A stretch of 64,000 nt of DNA from Felis catus (Eukaryota): NCBI RefSeq assembly GCF_018350175.1, contig NC_058382.1:9858001-9922000 (forward strand), written 5' to 3'. The notes beneath the pieces are model-generated. The model had not been told where the DNA came from, ran no database searches, and worked only from the letters and a program-made list of their open reading frames with translations. Of the stretch, positions 38,401 to 52,067 are shown one piece after another. The position numbers and the translations under genes were made by a program. How positions within the stretch are numbered: position 1 is the first letter of the stretch; each line of letters begins with the position of its first letter.

Positions 38401-41400
38401 GGCTCCGTGCGGAGCGTGGAGCCCACTTGGAATTCTCTCTCCCCCCTCTCTCTGCCCTCTGCCCCTCCCCCGCTCACACTCACTCTCTCTCTAAAATTAA
38501 AAAAAAAAGCAAAGAATCTTTATCCGCTCTCTTCTTGTTGCGTTTCCTCCTCCTTCAGTCACCCTGAACTTCAGCGTTTCCTTCTCTCCATCCCTCTTCT
38601 CCCAGCCCGTGTCCACTGTGTCCCCGTCTTCCCTGCTCGGTGCCATGGTCTGTCAGTGTGGCTCCTCCCCATCTCTCTCTGTCCCCCATCACCCAGCCTT
38701 TGGGGGACTCTCCACCCCCTCTGTCCTTCTCTCTCTTGGTGTCTCTGAGATGCTTTCAAGGTAACTCAAGCCCTTCAACTTCATCTCCTCAGATGGGTCA
38801 TCGGTCCTGCCTCCTTATTTTTTTTTAATGTTTATGTATCTATTTTTAGAGAGTGGGGGAGGGACAGAGAGAGAGAGACAGAGAGAGAGAATCCCAACCA
38901 GGCTCCGTGCTGTCAGTGTGGAGCCCAACACGGGACTCGATCCCATGAACCATGAGATTCGTCAGAACCTGAGACAAGATCAAGAGTCGGACGCTCAGGG
39001 GTGCCTGGGTGGCTCAGTCGGTTGAGCGTCCGACTTAGGCTCAGGTCACGATCTCGTGGTTCGTGGGTTCGAGCCCCACGTCGGGCTCTGCTCTGACAGC
39101 TCGGAGCCTGGAGCCTGCTTTGGATTCTGTGTCTCCCTCTCTCTCTGCCCCTCCCCCGCTCACATTCTGTCTCTCTTTCTTGCTCAAAAATAAATAAACA
39201 TTAAATATTTTGAAAAAAAAGAGTTGGACACTCAACTGACTGAGCCGCTCAGGTGTCCCTGTCCTTCCTCCTCTCTCTTGGCATGTTCGGCTCCCTCTGT
39301 CTCTTCTTCACTCTGTCTCTCCCTCTTTTCCTCCCCCCCCCCAACCTCACAGTCCCCGTCCTTCCCAACCTCCCAAGGGTTCTGTCTCTCTCTCGGGACT
39401 TCTCTCCCTGCATTTGTCTCCATGTTTCCATCTCTTGACGTCTCTTTGTGCCTCCATTTCTCTTTCACATTCGGCCTCAGAGACACCCCCCTCCCCGACT
39501 CCCAAGTTGCCACACCTCCTTCCCCAGATGTCTCAGTGCCGGCTCAGGTTCCACCGCCCCCCCCCCCCCACTGTCCCCTCTGTCGCTTCCCTCTCTCTCA
39601 GCGTCCCTGCCCGTGCCCCCTGCCTGACAATCTGCCTTAAGAGTTGTCAGAATGACAAGCCACCTCTTCTCTCTGGATAAAAACCACATTTGTTTATTTT
39701 TATCACAGCGAAGTGCGGGCGTCAGCACGTAATCAAACAGAAAACAGAGAACATGAAACACTCTCCTCTCGGTCCTTATCAGACTCGGGGCGGGCACTTC
39801 CTAAGTGTTCTACGCTGCTTCTGTCCCCTGCCAGCAAGGACACTTTTCAGTCCCCCACAGTCCTGAGCCCCAGGCCTCCTGGGGCAGCAGGGACAGGCAA
39901 CAAAGATCTCTCTCAGGCTCTGAGCATTGCTCTGAAAGAGAAGGGGTTGGGGCCCCTAGGGAGCTCAGTCGGTTGAGCGTCCGACTTCGGCTCAGGTCAT
40001 GAGCTCGCGGTTCGTGGGTTCGAGCCCCGCGTCGGGCTCTGTGCTGATGGCTTGGAGCCCGGAACCTGCTTCGGATTCTGGGTCTCCCTCTCTCTCTCCG
40101 CCCCTCCCCGACTCATGCTCTATCTCTCTGTCTCTCAAAAATAAACAAACATTAAAAAAAATTTTTTTTAATAATCATCATCCTAATGAAAGAATAGGCT
40201 CACAGTTGTCCTTTAGTGTCACAAGTAAAACAAACAAACAAACAAACAAAAAATTGGCCTCCAATCGGTATCCTCTCTCATGGTCCTGTGGATGGACTTC
40301 CGGGCACTTCTCACTTGGAGCCTCTTGAGGTCGGCTGGAGCTGTGCTCATCTGAAGGCCCAACCGGGCCGGACGTCCCAGGTGACCCGCTCGCATGGTTG
40401 GCCGTCGATTCTGGCCGTCGAGTGGGGGCATAGCTGGGATTTTCAACCAGAGAGCCTACGCGCGGGCTCTCCATATGGTTTGGGCTGAGAAGCAAAGCCA
40501 GCAGTGACATGGGGCGCAGGTTAGAGTCAGATCACATGGCTTTCAGCTTCCCACCTACGCACCCCCCCCCCCAACACACACACTTTTTGCTCTGTAAACT
40601 ACTCCTCAGCCTCTAGGGCACAATGTGAACATTTATGCCTTTTATACCCTCCCTGCCCGCACGGCCATCCTTTGATTCCCAGTTTCAGGTTTGAGCCCAG
40701 CGCCCAGGTCACCCACCCCCCATCCACCCCCTCATCCTATGGCGACGTGGGACATGGGACATGACCACCCATGCAGATCCGGTAACCCTTCACAAGCCTT
40801 CATTCCGTCCGCCTCATCTCCTTGGAAGGAATGTGTCTCCCACCCCTTTATAGCAAGAGGCTGTGCAACTTGCTTGGCCAGTGGGATGAAGGCACACAGA
40901 CCACAGAGGCTTGAGATGCACCATGGCAGTTGGGCTCACACCTCTGCCATTACTACGAGAAGGATATTCCTGGGATAGGCCGTTGGTCCCAAGCACTGGA
41001 TGCACCTGCCGGGGCCAGCCAGGATCAGCCCAGCCACAAACACCTGAGGGAGCCCAGCCAAGATCAGCAAGCCATCCAACCATGCGCAGCCCCAGGCATT
41101 CCAGCTCCAGGGGACCCCGGTCGGTCGTACAGAAGTCAGCTAGGATCAGCAGAGCCTTCCGGCCACAATCAGCTGACCCCCGGATGCACCCGCTAAATAA
41201 ACATCCGTATGTGTACATCACACGCAGATTTGGGTTATTCTCGGACCAGAGTAAACCGATACATTAGCAGCAGTATAGCCGTGAGTCCATCATCACTACA
41301 TGGGTGCAGTGTGACTAAGTGATAAAGAATTGTACCCAGAACCAGATGTGAAATGTACATGCCCCAGGGGGCGCCTGGGGGGCCCCGTCGGTTAAGTGTC

Positions 41401-41550
41401 TGACTTCAGGTCACTGTCTCAAGGTTCGCATCAGGCTCTGCACTGACAGTGTGGAGCCTGCTTGTGATTCTCTCTCCCTTTCTCTCTCTGCCCCTCCCCC
41501 CCACTCACACGCTCTCACACTTTCTCTCTAAATAAATAAATATGTGTGTA

Positions 41551-41583
<33 letters not shown>

Positions 41584-42169
41584 GAAATGTACATGACCCG
41601 GAAGGCTAAAGACAGTTTTACAACTACGTAAGTTTCAGGATGATGTGGCTGGAGGGGGAGTGGGTTTAAAAGGCTCATGCTCGGGACTTTCCGTGACTTG
41701 GCTGAAGTTCACCAAGCTTTTTTTTTTTCTTTTTCCAGAGGCTAGCTGACTTGTAACATTGCAACAGAACAAATGCAGAAGCAACTATAAGAACCCAGTT
41801 GTCTTCTATTGAGCCAGACGTTAAATATTCTCAGAAATGTAAAGTGATGTCACTCTTGTCATTACCTTTTTTTTTTTTTTAAATTTTGGAAAATACAGCA
41901 TTTTTCATTCGAAATGTTATTTATGTTGGGGCGCCTGGGTGGCTCGGCTGGTGAAGTGTCCGACTTCGGCTCAGGTCATGATCTCACGGCTTGTGGGTTC
42001 GAGCCCCTCATCGGGCTCTGTGCTGACAGCTCGGAGCCTGGAGCCTGCTTCGGAATCTGTGTCTCCCTCTCTCTCTGCCCCTCCCCGGCTCGTGCTCTGT
42101 CTCTCTCTCTTGAAAATAAACACTTGAAAATTTTTAATAAAATAAAATGTTATTTATGTTAAAACGCAA

Positions 42170-42680
42170 TGAGTTTCCAAATGTCCATCAGCAGATGGAC
42201 GAACAAAATGTGATACAACGTGCATTCAGTGGAATATCACTCGGCCTTAAAAAGGATGGAAATTCTGATACACAATACAACGTGGATGAAACTTGACAAC
42301 TTGATGCTAAGTGAAATGAGACAGGCACGAAAGGGCAAATATTGTTCGACTGCACTTAAATGAGGCACAGAGAAGCGGTAAATTCAGAGAGACAGAAAGA
42401 AGAATAGAGGTTGCCGGGAGTGGGGGAGGCGGGGAAATGGAGAGTATTGTTTGAGGGATACAAAGTTTCAGTTTGGGGAAATGAAAACATTCTGGAAACC
42501 CCGTGGCAGTGACGGTCCCACAACAAGGTGAATGTATTTCATGCCACTAACTGCACACCTAAAATATAGGACATGGCACATTTTATGTCCTGAAATCATT
42601 GTTTGCACTATATGCTAACGAACTTGGATGCAAATTTTAAGAAATAAAAAAATTTAAAAAAATTTTTTTAATAAAAATAA
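42170..42680 (+). mobile_element. Old L1M 3' fragment followed by a very short carnivore L1 3' tip
   Basis: ccaaatgtccatca...gtggaatatcactcggccttaaaaaggatggaaattctgatac is an L1M phrase; 42590-42670 resembles the L1 terminus at 25843-25900. Confidence 0.75.
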
Positions 42681-42734
42681 AGAAATGGCCCCCCAAAATG
42701 TAGTTTTTACATTTCTTCTGGCCAAAGCAGGTGG

Positions 42735-42748
42735 GCGCCCTCTGGTGG
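42735..42748 (-). promoter_or_regulatory. Candidate CTCF site
   Basis: CCACCAGAGGGCGC, a near-perfect core consensus in non-SINE sequence. Confidence 0.6.
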
Positions 42749-43904
42749 GAGTACAGGGTATCGGTTGGCGGCGCAAAATTTCTCCGGAATTTTCAATTCT
42801 GAAGACGGAGGCAGATATGAGGCAGCTGATATGAGGACTTTATTTCAGCAGATCAACTTTAAACCCTGAACTATGCCTCTTGTGCACATTCACTCACACA
42901 CACGCACGCGCGCACACACAATTACAGACACAACGAGACCCTTGCAAACGCACACAGACACGATCACACATACAAAAAACTCTCCCAAAGACCCACCTAG
43001 GTACACACACAGAGGGACACAGGGGCGCCTGGGTGGCTCAGTCAGCTAAGCTTCCCGACTCTTGATTTCAGCTCAGGTCTTGATCTGAGGGCCATGAGTT
43101 CAAGCCCTGCCCTGGGCATAAAGCCTACTAAGAAAAACAAACGAACAAACAAACAAACAACAACAAAAACAAGGAGACACGGACACACGGACAGTCACTT
43201 ACACACACGACCCTGAAAACAGCGTATTAACAAAGGGGACTTAGTAGACCAGCGCCGTTCTCTATTTTTAAAAAATCGTAATGGAAAATGAGTTTCTTCC
43301 CAAAGCCATTAAATAAACGTTGAACAAGTAATTAAGATGAATCTCGGTTGGGCAGCATGCCCGACTTGAGGTCCACAATCCCTTAGCTGAAGTCCTTGGG
43401 GACAGACGCCTTTCGGAACTCAGAAGTGTTCCAATTTTAGAAAGGCGATTCTGAGCAAATGCCACATTCTATGTAACACTCCCAGGGGTCTGAGGCAGCC
43501 CCCTCCCCACCAGACATGTTAATATATTTGCAGCAACACTCGTGAAAGTTCACACCAACGGAGATAAATAAAGGGTGTAAACAATTGAAAGTTTAACCCC
43601 AAAACGGTGTGGAAAGATCATCTTTCCCTTCAACAAACTTACGAATTAGCGCCAGTCCAGAATTAAAAAAAAAAAAAAAAAATGTAAATGACTCCTATCG
43701 GTTGATTTGCCACCATGTGAGACTGCGCCCAAACTACCCCCACCCCCCCCAAAGAAACTGTTTTGGTTGTCACGGCTTTTTGGAATTCGGGACACGGGAC
43801 CCTCCTCGCAGGCCCCTGGAACGTGCACGTACAAATGTTTCTGCCGTGATTGTGAATCTTGGATCCCGGCCAGGGTAGGCTTCCGGGAGGACGGCGACGC
43901 TTTG

Positions 43905-43918
43905 GCGCCCCCTCCTGG
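43905..43918 (-). promoter_or_regulatory. Candidate CTCF site
   Basis: CCAGGAGGGGGCGC in a CpG-containing unique patch. Confidence 0.5.
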
Positions 43919-45081
43919 AAGTTCCAGCCCTTGCAGTTCGGCTGCAGCGGGGAGGTCTAAGGCCTTGGGCCTGACCCAGCGATGGATGGGTCGCGATTGG
44001 CCCAACCGTTTAGAGTAATCCCGCCTTCTCGCGCCAGGGCGTGATGGAACCCAAGCCTCAACCAACCGCACCTGACGGCCCCTGGCACAGGCACGGGGGG
44101 GGGGGGGGGGGGGTCCAGGTTTGTCATGTGACCTGCACTGATCCCACCAAGTTGAAAGAAAGCCCTTCAGCCCACCAGGAGGGGCGAGGCCTCCCTCTCT
44201 CCCAGGGATGGGAATGAGTTCCCAGGTGCCTCCGTCCGTGGGCACCCTGCAAAGCCCCTTGGGGGTGAGGCTGCCCCTAAGCCCCGAAAGAACTAGAAAC
44301 ACTGTAAGTCCCTGTGGTGGCCACCCAAGGGTGCTGCTCGGCTCTCCCTTTAAGAGACCCTGCTGCGGGGGCGCCTGGGTGGCTCAGTCGGTTGAGTGTC
44401 CGACTTCTGCCCAGGTCCTGATCTCGCAGTTCGGGAGTTCGAGCCTCGCATCCGGATCTCTGCTATCGGTGCAGAGCCCGCTTCGGGTCCTCTGTCCCCT
44501 TCTCTCTCTGCCTCTCCCCACGCATGTGCGTGCATGCTCACACCTCCCCCACCTCCTCAAACCCCCCCCCCCCCGCCCCCAGACTTTCTCCCTCTAGTCC
44601 AGTCCCTCCTCCCCTCCTTTTCACAGCGATCAGATCAGTGGAGGTGGTAATGACCGCACAACACCGGACTTCATGCCCTGAACTTTACACCTTTAAACGG
44701 TTCAAGAGGCGCCTGGGTGGCTCAGCTGGTTAAGCGCCACGCTCTTGATTCCGGCTCAGGTCGTGATCTTGCGGTTCCTGAGATTGAGTCCCCACGTCGG
44801 GCTCTGGGCTGACAGTATGGGAACCTGCCTGGGGTTCTCTCTCTGCCCCTTCCCCGCTCTTTCTCTTTCTCAAAAATAAACTTCAAAATATATGCTCCGG
44901 AGGCCCCGGGTGGCTCAGTCAGTTAGGTGTCCGACTTGATTTCGGCTCAGGTCATGACCTCACAGTTTGTGAGACTGAACGTCATATGAGGCTCTGCACC
45001 GACAGTTCGGGAACCAGCGTAAGATTCTCTCTCCGCCCCCCCCCCTTTGGCTCGTGCTCTCTAAAATAAAAAAAATTTTTC

Positions 45082-45305
45082 GGGGCGCCTGGGTGGCGCA
45101 GTCGGTTAAGCGTCCGACTTCAGCCAGGTCACGATCTTGCGGTCCGTGAGTTCAAGCCCCGCGTCGGGCTGTGGGCTGATGGCCCGGAGCCTGGAGCCTG
45201 TTTCCGATTCTGTGTCTCCCTCTCTCTCTGCCCCTCCCCCGTTCATGCTCTGTCTCTCTCTGTCCCAAAAATAAATAAACGTTGAAAAAAAAAATTAAAA
45301 AAAAA
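45082..45305 (+). mobile_element. Young SINEC_Fc in a dense SINE cluster (44368-45610)
   Basis: Full-length copy at the tail of an older SINE. Confidence 0.9.
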
Positions 45306-45945
45306 ATTTTTTTCAACAGAAGGAAAGAAAAAAGAAAAAGGAAGAGAGAACGGAAGGAAGGAAGGAAGGAAACTTGTAGACCAGAGAAATTTCAGTGCTT
45401 TGCCTAAGAAGCTGAACAAAAGAGGGGTGCCTGGGTGGCTCAGTCGGTGAAGTGTCCGACTTCGGCTCAGGTCATGATCTCGCGGTTTGTGAGTTCGAGC
45501 CCCAAATCGGGCTCTGTGCCGACAGCTCAGAGCCTGCAGCCTGCTTCGGATTCTGTGTCTCCCTCTCTCTCCGCCCCTCCCCTGCTCACGCTATTAAAAA
45601 AACAACAACACAATTTTAAAATAAAATGGCTCAAGTGGTAACTTTTATGCTATGTGTATTTCACACACACACACACTAAGATTTTGACCACCCACGTTTC
45701 CTCCAGGCCACTACCTTGTTCTAGCCACTGTCTCTCAACCTGAACCATGGCCGTGGCCTCCTCCCTGGGCCCCAGCTTCCACCCTCGCGCCCCCTACAGT
45801 TTCTTCCCACGCGGCAATCAGAGGGTTCCGTTAACACCTAAGCGGGCTCTGTCCCTCCTCAGCTCAAGAACTTTCCATGGTTCTACCTCAAAGTAAACGC
45901 CAAAGACCTCACGGTGGGTCTTTGAGGTTCTGTACAATCTGCCCC

Positions 45946-45948
<3 letters not shown>

Positions 45949-45992
<44 letters not shown>
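45949..45992. repeat. (TC)n microsatellite within an L2 remnant (about 45680-46400)
   Basis: About 22 perfect TC units. Confidence 0.9.
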
Positions 45993-45995
<3 letters not shown>

Positions 45996-48086
45996 CCTCC
46001 CTTCCTGCTCTCTCCTTCACTCACTCTGCTCACTCCCTGGCTTCTTCATGGTTCCTTGAACCGGCCAAGCACCTGAGCCTCAGGGCTATCGCACTTGTCG
46101 TTCCCATGTCCTGGAACACTCTTCCCGCCAGAGATCTGTACGCCCGGCCCTTACCTCTTTGGCATCCGCCCAGGAACCAGCAACTCCATTACTCCCTGTC
46201 ACCCTGATTATCTTCGTCCGTTGTGCTTCTTGTTAACAGACATAACATGTATTTAAGTCACTCATCATGCTTCTCGTCTGTCTCTCCAGCAATAGGTCAG
46301 CTCCCTCGAAAGCAGGAAGCTTTGCCTGTTTTGTTCACCGCTGTGACCCAGGTGCCTAGAACAAGGCCCGGCACAGAGTAAATGCTCAGTAAGTGTTTGT
46401 TAAGTGCAAAATTAAGAGACAGTGACCAAAAGAGAGACTGAGAGATAAGGAAGACAGACAAAGACGGGAGAGGAGATAGGGCACTGGGGGACTGAGCTGG
46501 GGAAGAAACGAGAAGGGGGGTTGGGGGAGGGGGGTGTTGGGGCAGGACGGGGAGGGGGGACGCAAGGGGAGGGAGGGAGGAGACACAGAGAGAGAGCTGG
46601 GGCGGAAAGCGACAGAGACTCAAGAGAGTGAGTCAGAGAGAGCACCGAGTGAGGGACAGAGGCAGAGACAACACCGAGAGATGGCAGGGAGAGACAGAGA
46701 GGCAGGGACGGAAGGGGGAGAGAGCAGGGTGGCGAGGGAGACACAGAGACAGGAAGAGAAACCGAGGAATGGGGAGCAACGGAGCTGGGAGAAGAGGGCA
46801 GGAAGCTAGAGAGAGCCGAGAGGGTTCAGAGATGCAGAGGGTCCCCACCTCCAACTCACCACTTGCTGGTGTCCAGAGCTCTGGGCCGACTTGACATCCC
46901 TCGGGATCCAAGCTGTGGCTTTTTTAATCCCTGAGGGACAGAGGCGGGTGGAGAGAAGGAACGTGTGATGCCGTTTGAAAGGCTTTGGATCACTAGTTTA
47001 TTTACTCTGGAAGTACTATCATCATCTTCGTTTCACAGGACCAGGAAGGTTGAGTAACCTGCCCAAGGTCACACAGCTAGGGAGAGGAAGAGCCGGAACT
47101 TGGATCTGGGCATCTTGGCTCCACGGTCAGTGCCCTATGCTAACCATAAAGGGGTGCTGGGTCCCTGAGTTCCCCTTCGGTTTGGAGACACCCCCTGGGA
47201 AGTGGTGCTGGATGGACAGTAGGGAAGAAACGAGGGACACAGAATGACTGACGTTCTCAGCCCGGTCCATATCCACTGATGTCCCAGACTGAGGGAGGAG
47301 GTTCAGTTTCACTCCCCTGGGAGTCTCCAGTTCAAAGGAGGAGGCTAGACAAGAAAACCGCTACCTGCGTATAGGGTCCAATGCCCTGCCCAGAGCCAGG
47401 CCTCAGTCCTCTGCGGGGAGGGGATAGATTCAACCACTTCGGACTCTTTCGGCAGGCCTGGAATTTCTCTGCCTCGGTCCACCAGCAGCACTGCAGACCA
47501 GAGAGGTTGTACGAATCTTTAAAGGCAGCACAGTACTGGCCAACTTCCTCTGTGATTTCCAGGGAGGCACAGGCCCACCACCACCCCTGTTCACCCTCAG
47601 CTCTCAGACCCCGGGAAGAAGGCCTCACTCCCTCCCAGCAGCAATCCTGACATCTCAGGGGGACCCAGCCTCTCTGCCTGACGCTATAATCACACTAATC
47701 CCAATCCCCGAAGACCCCAATGCTTGTGCGGAACCACCCCACCTCTCCCCTCATCTGTGCTGGAACAGGAGGGCGGACTTGTCTGCTTCTCTCCAGAGGC
47801 ACTTGTCTTCTGCCCCAAGCGTACACAAAACTGCGAAGTCCTTCACACTGTCTGACCTTCAACTGCTCTGTTGCAGATAAGCCTCTTCTCCCCACCCCAA
47901 AGGCTAAGTGTTGGCGATGGGAAAAGAAAAACACGCCGGCCCAGGTCAAGGGAGAGCCCACCCGACCCACCCAGGGCAAAAGACAGGAGGATCGGATGCC
48001 GGGAAGGCCTTCCCCTTACAAACTTGAAAAGAGAGACATCTCGAAAACAATACAACAAACACAGCACCAGGCACTTGGGGCTGGAG

Positions 48087-48092
48087 TTTATT
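48087..48092 (-). terminator. INAFM1: INAFM1 polyadenylation signal
   Basis: AATAAA about 350 nt after the stop, followed by a GU-rich element (tgtgtttgttgtattgtttt). Confidence 0.85.
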
Positions 48093-48442
48093 GCAGGGGG
48101 GACATACGGACACGGAGATTCAGAGAGGAGGAGGGCGGGTTGTGGGCTCTGTGCTCAGAATCCCATGGAGGGGGTCAGAAGGCAGAGGTCAGGAGAGGGT
48201 CTGCCAGATGGTGGAGGACCCCGGTCTGATGGCAGAGGAGCCTGATGGCGGAGAAGCCTGACGGCCGAGGAGCGAGGCCCCAAGCCAGCACCCCTTCGCT
48301 CCCCATTCTTCAGGATGACGACTCCGGAGACGCTGGGCGATGTCGTGAAGACGGAGCCCGGGCCCGACCGGGTACGGAGCATCCGCCGCGGGGGCGCCGG
48401 CCTCTCGAGGGCCGGAGATCCAGCAGGGGGTGGAAGGGACGG

Positions 48443-49084
<642 letters not shown>

Positions 49085-49930
49085 CTAAGACTTAACTACT
49101 GCCCTGACCCCACCCCCACTTGGCTCTGACCCCGCCCCAGGCTCGCAAACGCAGCTGGCAACTACTGCCAGGCTTCGGTGTGACGCCCACACCTCTTAAA
49201 TGCGAACTCGCCCAGCACTTAGCCCCGCCCTCCTCCTTCTGGCCTCCTCCCCGCGCCCCAACCCCGTCCCCTTTCGGGACACAGACTTCTCCCAGGCATC
49301 GAAGCCCAGCCTCCGAGCCCCAAGCCCTTACGAGGTTCAAGCCTCACAAACCCCGCCCCGCCTTAGCCGCAGGTCCTCCCCGCTTCTAACTTGCCTTTCT
49401 CTGAATCACACTCGATTCTAGCACTCGAAGCCACCCTCTCCTCTCCTTGGATTCACACTCTCTAGTCCAGGCCCCGCAACTTTCCGCCGCCTCAGCCCAT
49501 TGGTTCTAGCACCGCATTGACCACGCCCTCCACCGAGGACTGCCCCCCACAGCCGCGTTAAGAACTCGCATCTAAACCTGCTGTCGCGGCCCCATACCAC
49601 ATCTAAGGCCCGCCTATGTCCCAACCTCACCCACGAGAGTTGTGGCCCCGCCCAGGCACCCTAGCCACGCCCCTCGCGGCACCTCATCCTTACTTCGCGT
49701 CCAGAGATCTAAATTCAACGCCCCGAAGCTCCAGCTCTGCCCCGTAAGCCAGTCACGCCCCTTCCCCAACGCCTCCCCACCACCCTCAGTTTCTCCCTCT
49801 CCCTAAAGTCATGGGATCCAGAGCAGTCTCCGGGGAGGAGAGAGCGCAGCCTGGAAATCCAGACTAACCCCCTCCTGCCGCCCCCTCCCCATCAAGGCGG
49901 GGAAGCTTCAGTCCCCTCCCAGCAGCGTCT

Positions 49931-49948
49931 TCAGGAATTCGGGGAGGC
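49931..49948 (-). CDS. CCDC9: CCDC9 alternative distal terminal exon, coding ASPNS*
   Basis: Acceptor ttccctcccccccctctcgcag|GCCTCCCCGAATTCCTGA, in phase with the donor at 50515. Confidence 0.6.
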   Translation of the reverse strand, partial: ASPNS

Positions 49949-50460
49949 CTGCGAGAGGGGGGGGAGGGAAGACGTATCAGGGGAGTGGAGGAAGGAAGAC
50001 CCCTTCCTCCCGCCTCTTCCGCCATGGAAAAGCCCGCCAAGCACAGCAACCCAGCCTGCCCTCCAGAAACACAGTTCAAAGGTTAGCGGAAGCACTGCGT
50101 TTAATAAGAGAAGGCCGGTGGCCTAGTAATTCCAAGTCCTGCGGGAGAGTCACCGGCTATTTGCCATGCCCCAGATGGGAACTCCAGGAGGCGGGGAATC
50201 TAGATCCGGGGACCGGCACCTAGCCCCCCATGGCTGCCATTAGGTGGGTAACTCGGGGGCGTCTCAACCCTCCCGGTGCCATGGCGCCCCCCATTCGTGA
50301 GACTTGCCTATTGCCCTGGTCCCACCCCGTTCACTGGCCCTGACTCCGCCCCCCTTACATTTAACCCTCTCCTGGCTGGAGCGTGACGGAAGCAGAGGAC
50401 AGAGGAGCAAGGCGGCAGGAGGTTAGTGCAGAACGCGGAGGCCGCAGTCTGCAGGCGCGG

Positions 50461-50564
50461 TCAGCGGGCGGCCCCCGGTGGCGGAGCGGCCGCCACCACC
50501 TTGCAGAAACGCACCCTCTGGAAGTCGGTGATCTCCGCGGTCTCCTGACCCTCAGTGCCCGCCT
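50461..50564 (-). CDS. CCDC9: CCDC9 alternative exon 14 (EAGTEGQETAEITDFQR-VRFCKVVAAAPPPGAAR*)
   Basis: Acceptor ccttctctcccccag| in phase 1, open to TGA at 50461-50463. Internal donor AGG|gtgcgt at 50515. ATTAAA at 50100-50105. Confidence 0.72.
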
Positions 50565-51177
50565 CTGGGGGAGAGAAGGGGCAGTCAGCGGAGGGAACAG
50601 TTTCCCCCACCCTCTACCCGTCTAGTTCCGTCTCTGATCCCAACTGAGCCTAGCTTCAGTCGCCCTGCGCTAAATGGTTTATGGGCCTCGGACTCCCTTT
50701 AATCCTCGCAGGGGGCCCCACAAACTGCATGCACCCCGGCAGAACCCTATTTACAATCGAGGAAGCTATCTGATACAGCGACATCACAGTCACTTGGCCA
50801 GCAAAGGGCCCAGAGACGAAGACGACAAACGCCTGGACACCCTGCCCTCGCCGACCGTCCTGAACTCTGTCCTCTCAGACTCCAGCCTCCCCCACTCCCG
50901 CCCAGTCCCCCAGGGACCTAAACTAGCCCCAAGAGTGCCCGCCCTCTTGCCCCTGCCCCCCTTTGCCCTTGCCCACCTGAGTTCTAACCAGATCTTCCTT
51001 CGCTCTGCCCCCCAAACTCTAATGTCACGCCTGGGGAGGCCCCTGGTTCCCAACCCGGCTCGCACTGATGGAGGTGGTTGGGCCCAACATTCTAACGGGA
51101 AATGTATTTCGTTTCTGATTTCCTCTACTCGCTTAGACCCCCCCCCCCCCGTTCTTACTTTTGACCTATTTAAATTC

Positions 51178-51266
51178 CTCCCATCCAAGTACTAACCAGG
51201 CCGGACCCTGCTTAGCTTGCGCGATCAGACAAGATAGGGCGCGCTCAGGGTGGTCTGGCTGAAGAC
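51178..51266 (-). pseudogene. 5S rRNA retropseudogene, nt 1-89, 3'-truncated and tailless
   Basis: GTCTTCAGCCAGACCACCCTGAGCGCGCCC...AAGCTAAGCAGGGTCCGGCCTGGTTAGTACTTGGATGGGAG has about 9 mismatches in 89 nt to mammalian 5S as recalled. Flanked by direct repeat gacctatttaaattc (51163-51177 and 51267-51281). Confidence 0.93.
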
Positions 51267-51634
51267 GACCTATTTAAATTCCTAATCCTGCCCTTAGCCC
51301 TACCCCTTGGGCCTAGTCCCACCCCATCATATTTAGACTTTATCCCCCAACCCCTGGGGTCAGCCTCTAAATCCTAATCCCACCCTCGCTCCCCTCCCCC
51401 ACCATTCTTCCAAGCGCTAGGCCCCAGAGGGCCTCCATTTAGCCCCACCCCCTTGACCTGGGCTCCAATCTCACCCAATCCCAAGCGTTGTAGCCTCACC
51501 CCTCCCCCCCCCCCAATCCGCGGCTTCCCCGCACACCCAGCTCCACTCTATCCTCTCCCCAAGCCCTCCCCTCAGCCCCACGGGGAGAGAAAGAGGAAGA
51601 AGGCCATCTTCTGGGGCCCCGTCCACTCCCCCAC

Positions 51635-51727
51635 CTGAAGCTGCCTCAGACCCTTCCTCTTCAGCTTTCTGGGTTCCTGGGAGGCAGGGCCCACTCTCGA
51701 GGGAGGCAGGGGCTAGCTGGTCACCTC
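51635..51727 (-). CDS. CCDC9: CCDC9 alternative exon 13 (GGDQLAPASLESGPCLPGTQKAEEEGSEAAS)
   Basis: 93-nt symmetric phase-1 exon, ccccttccccag| ... TCAG|gtgggg, open in frame with the internal donor CCGG|gtgagg at 52097. Confidence 0.72.
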
Positions 51728-51861
51728 CTGGGGAAGGGGGGAGGCCCAGTCAAGCCCCTACCCCTCCATATTTCCCCCCACCGTGAGAGAGAAGGCCCTG
51801 GGGGAGTGGGAGGGGGTGTTCAAGGACACACCTGGGGAATATCATTCGAGGACGTGAACTC

Positions 51862-51867
51862 TTTATT
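51862..51867 (-). terminator. CCDC9: CCDC9 proximal polyadenylation signal
   Basis: AATAAA about 200 nt after the TGA at 52068. Confidence 0.8.
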
Positions 51868-52067
51868 GGGGAGGGGCCTCTGTGGCCCACAGCAAGGGCA
51901 GGATCTGGGGGGGGGGGGAGGCATTCCAGAGACAGGCATGGACCGTCCTCCCTACCCATTGGGGTGGCGGGTACACGGGGTCCCAGTGAAGGGGGCGGGG
52001 GAACCCAGCCCCCGACGGTTCCCCGCCTGCCAGTGCACCCCTCCAGCACACACACAAGCAGCCAGCT

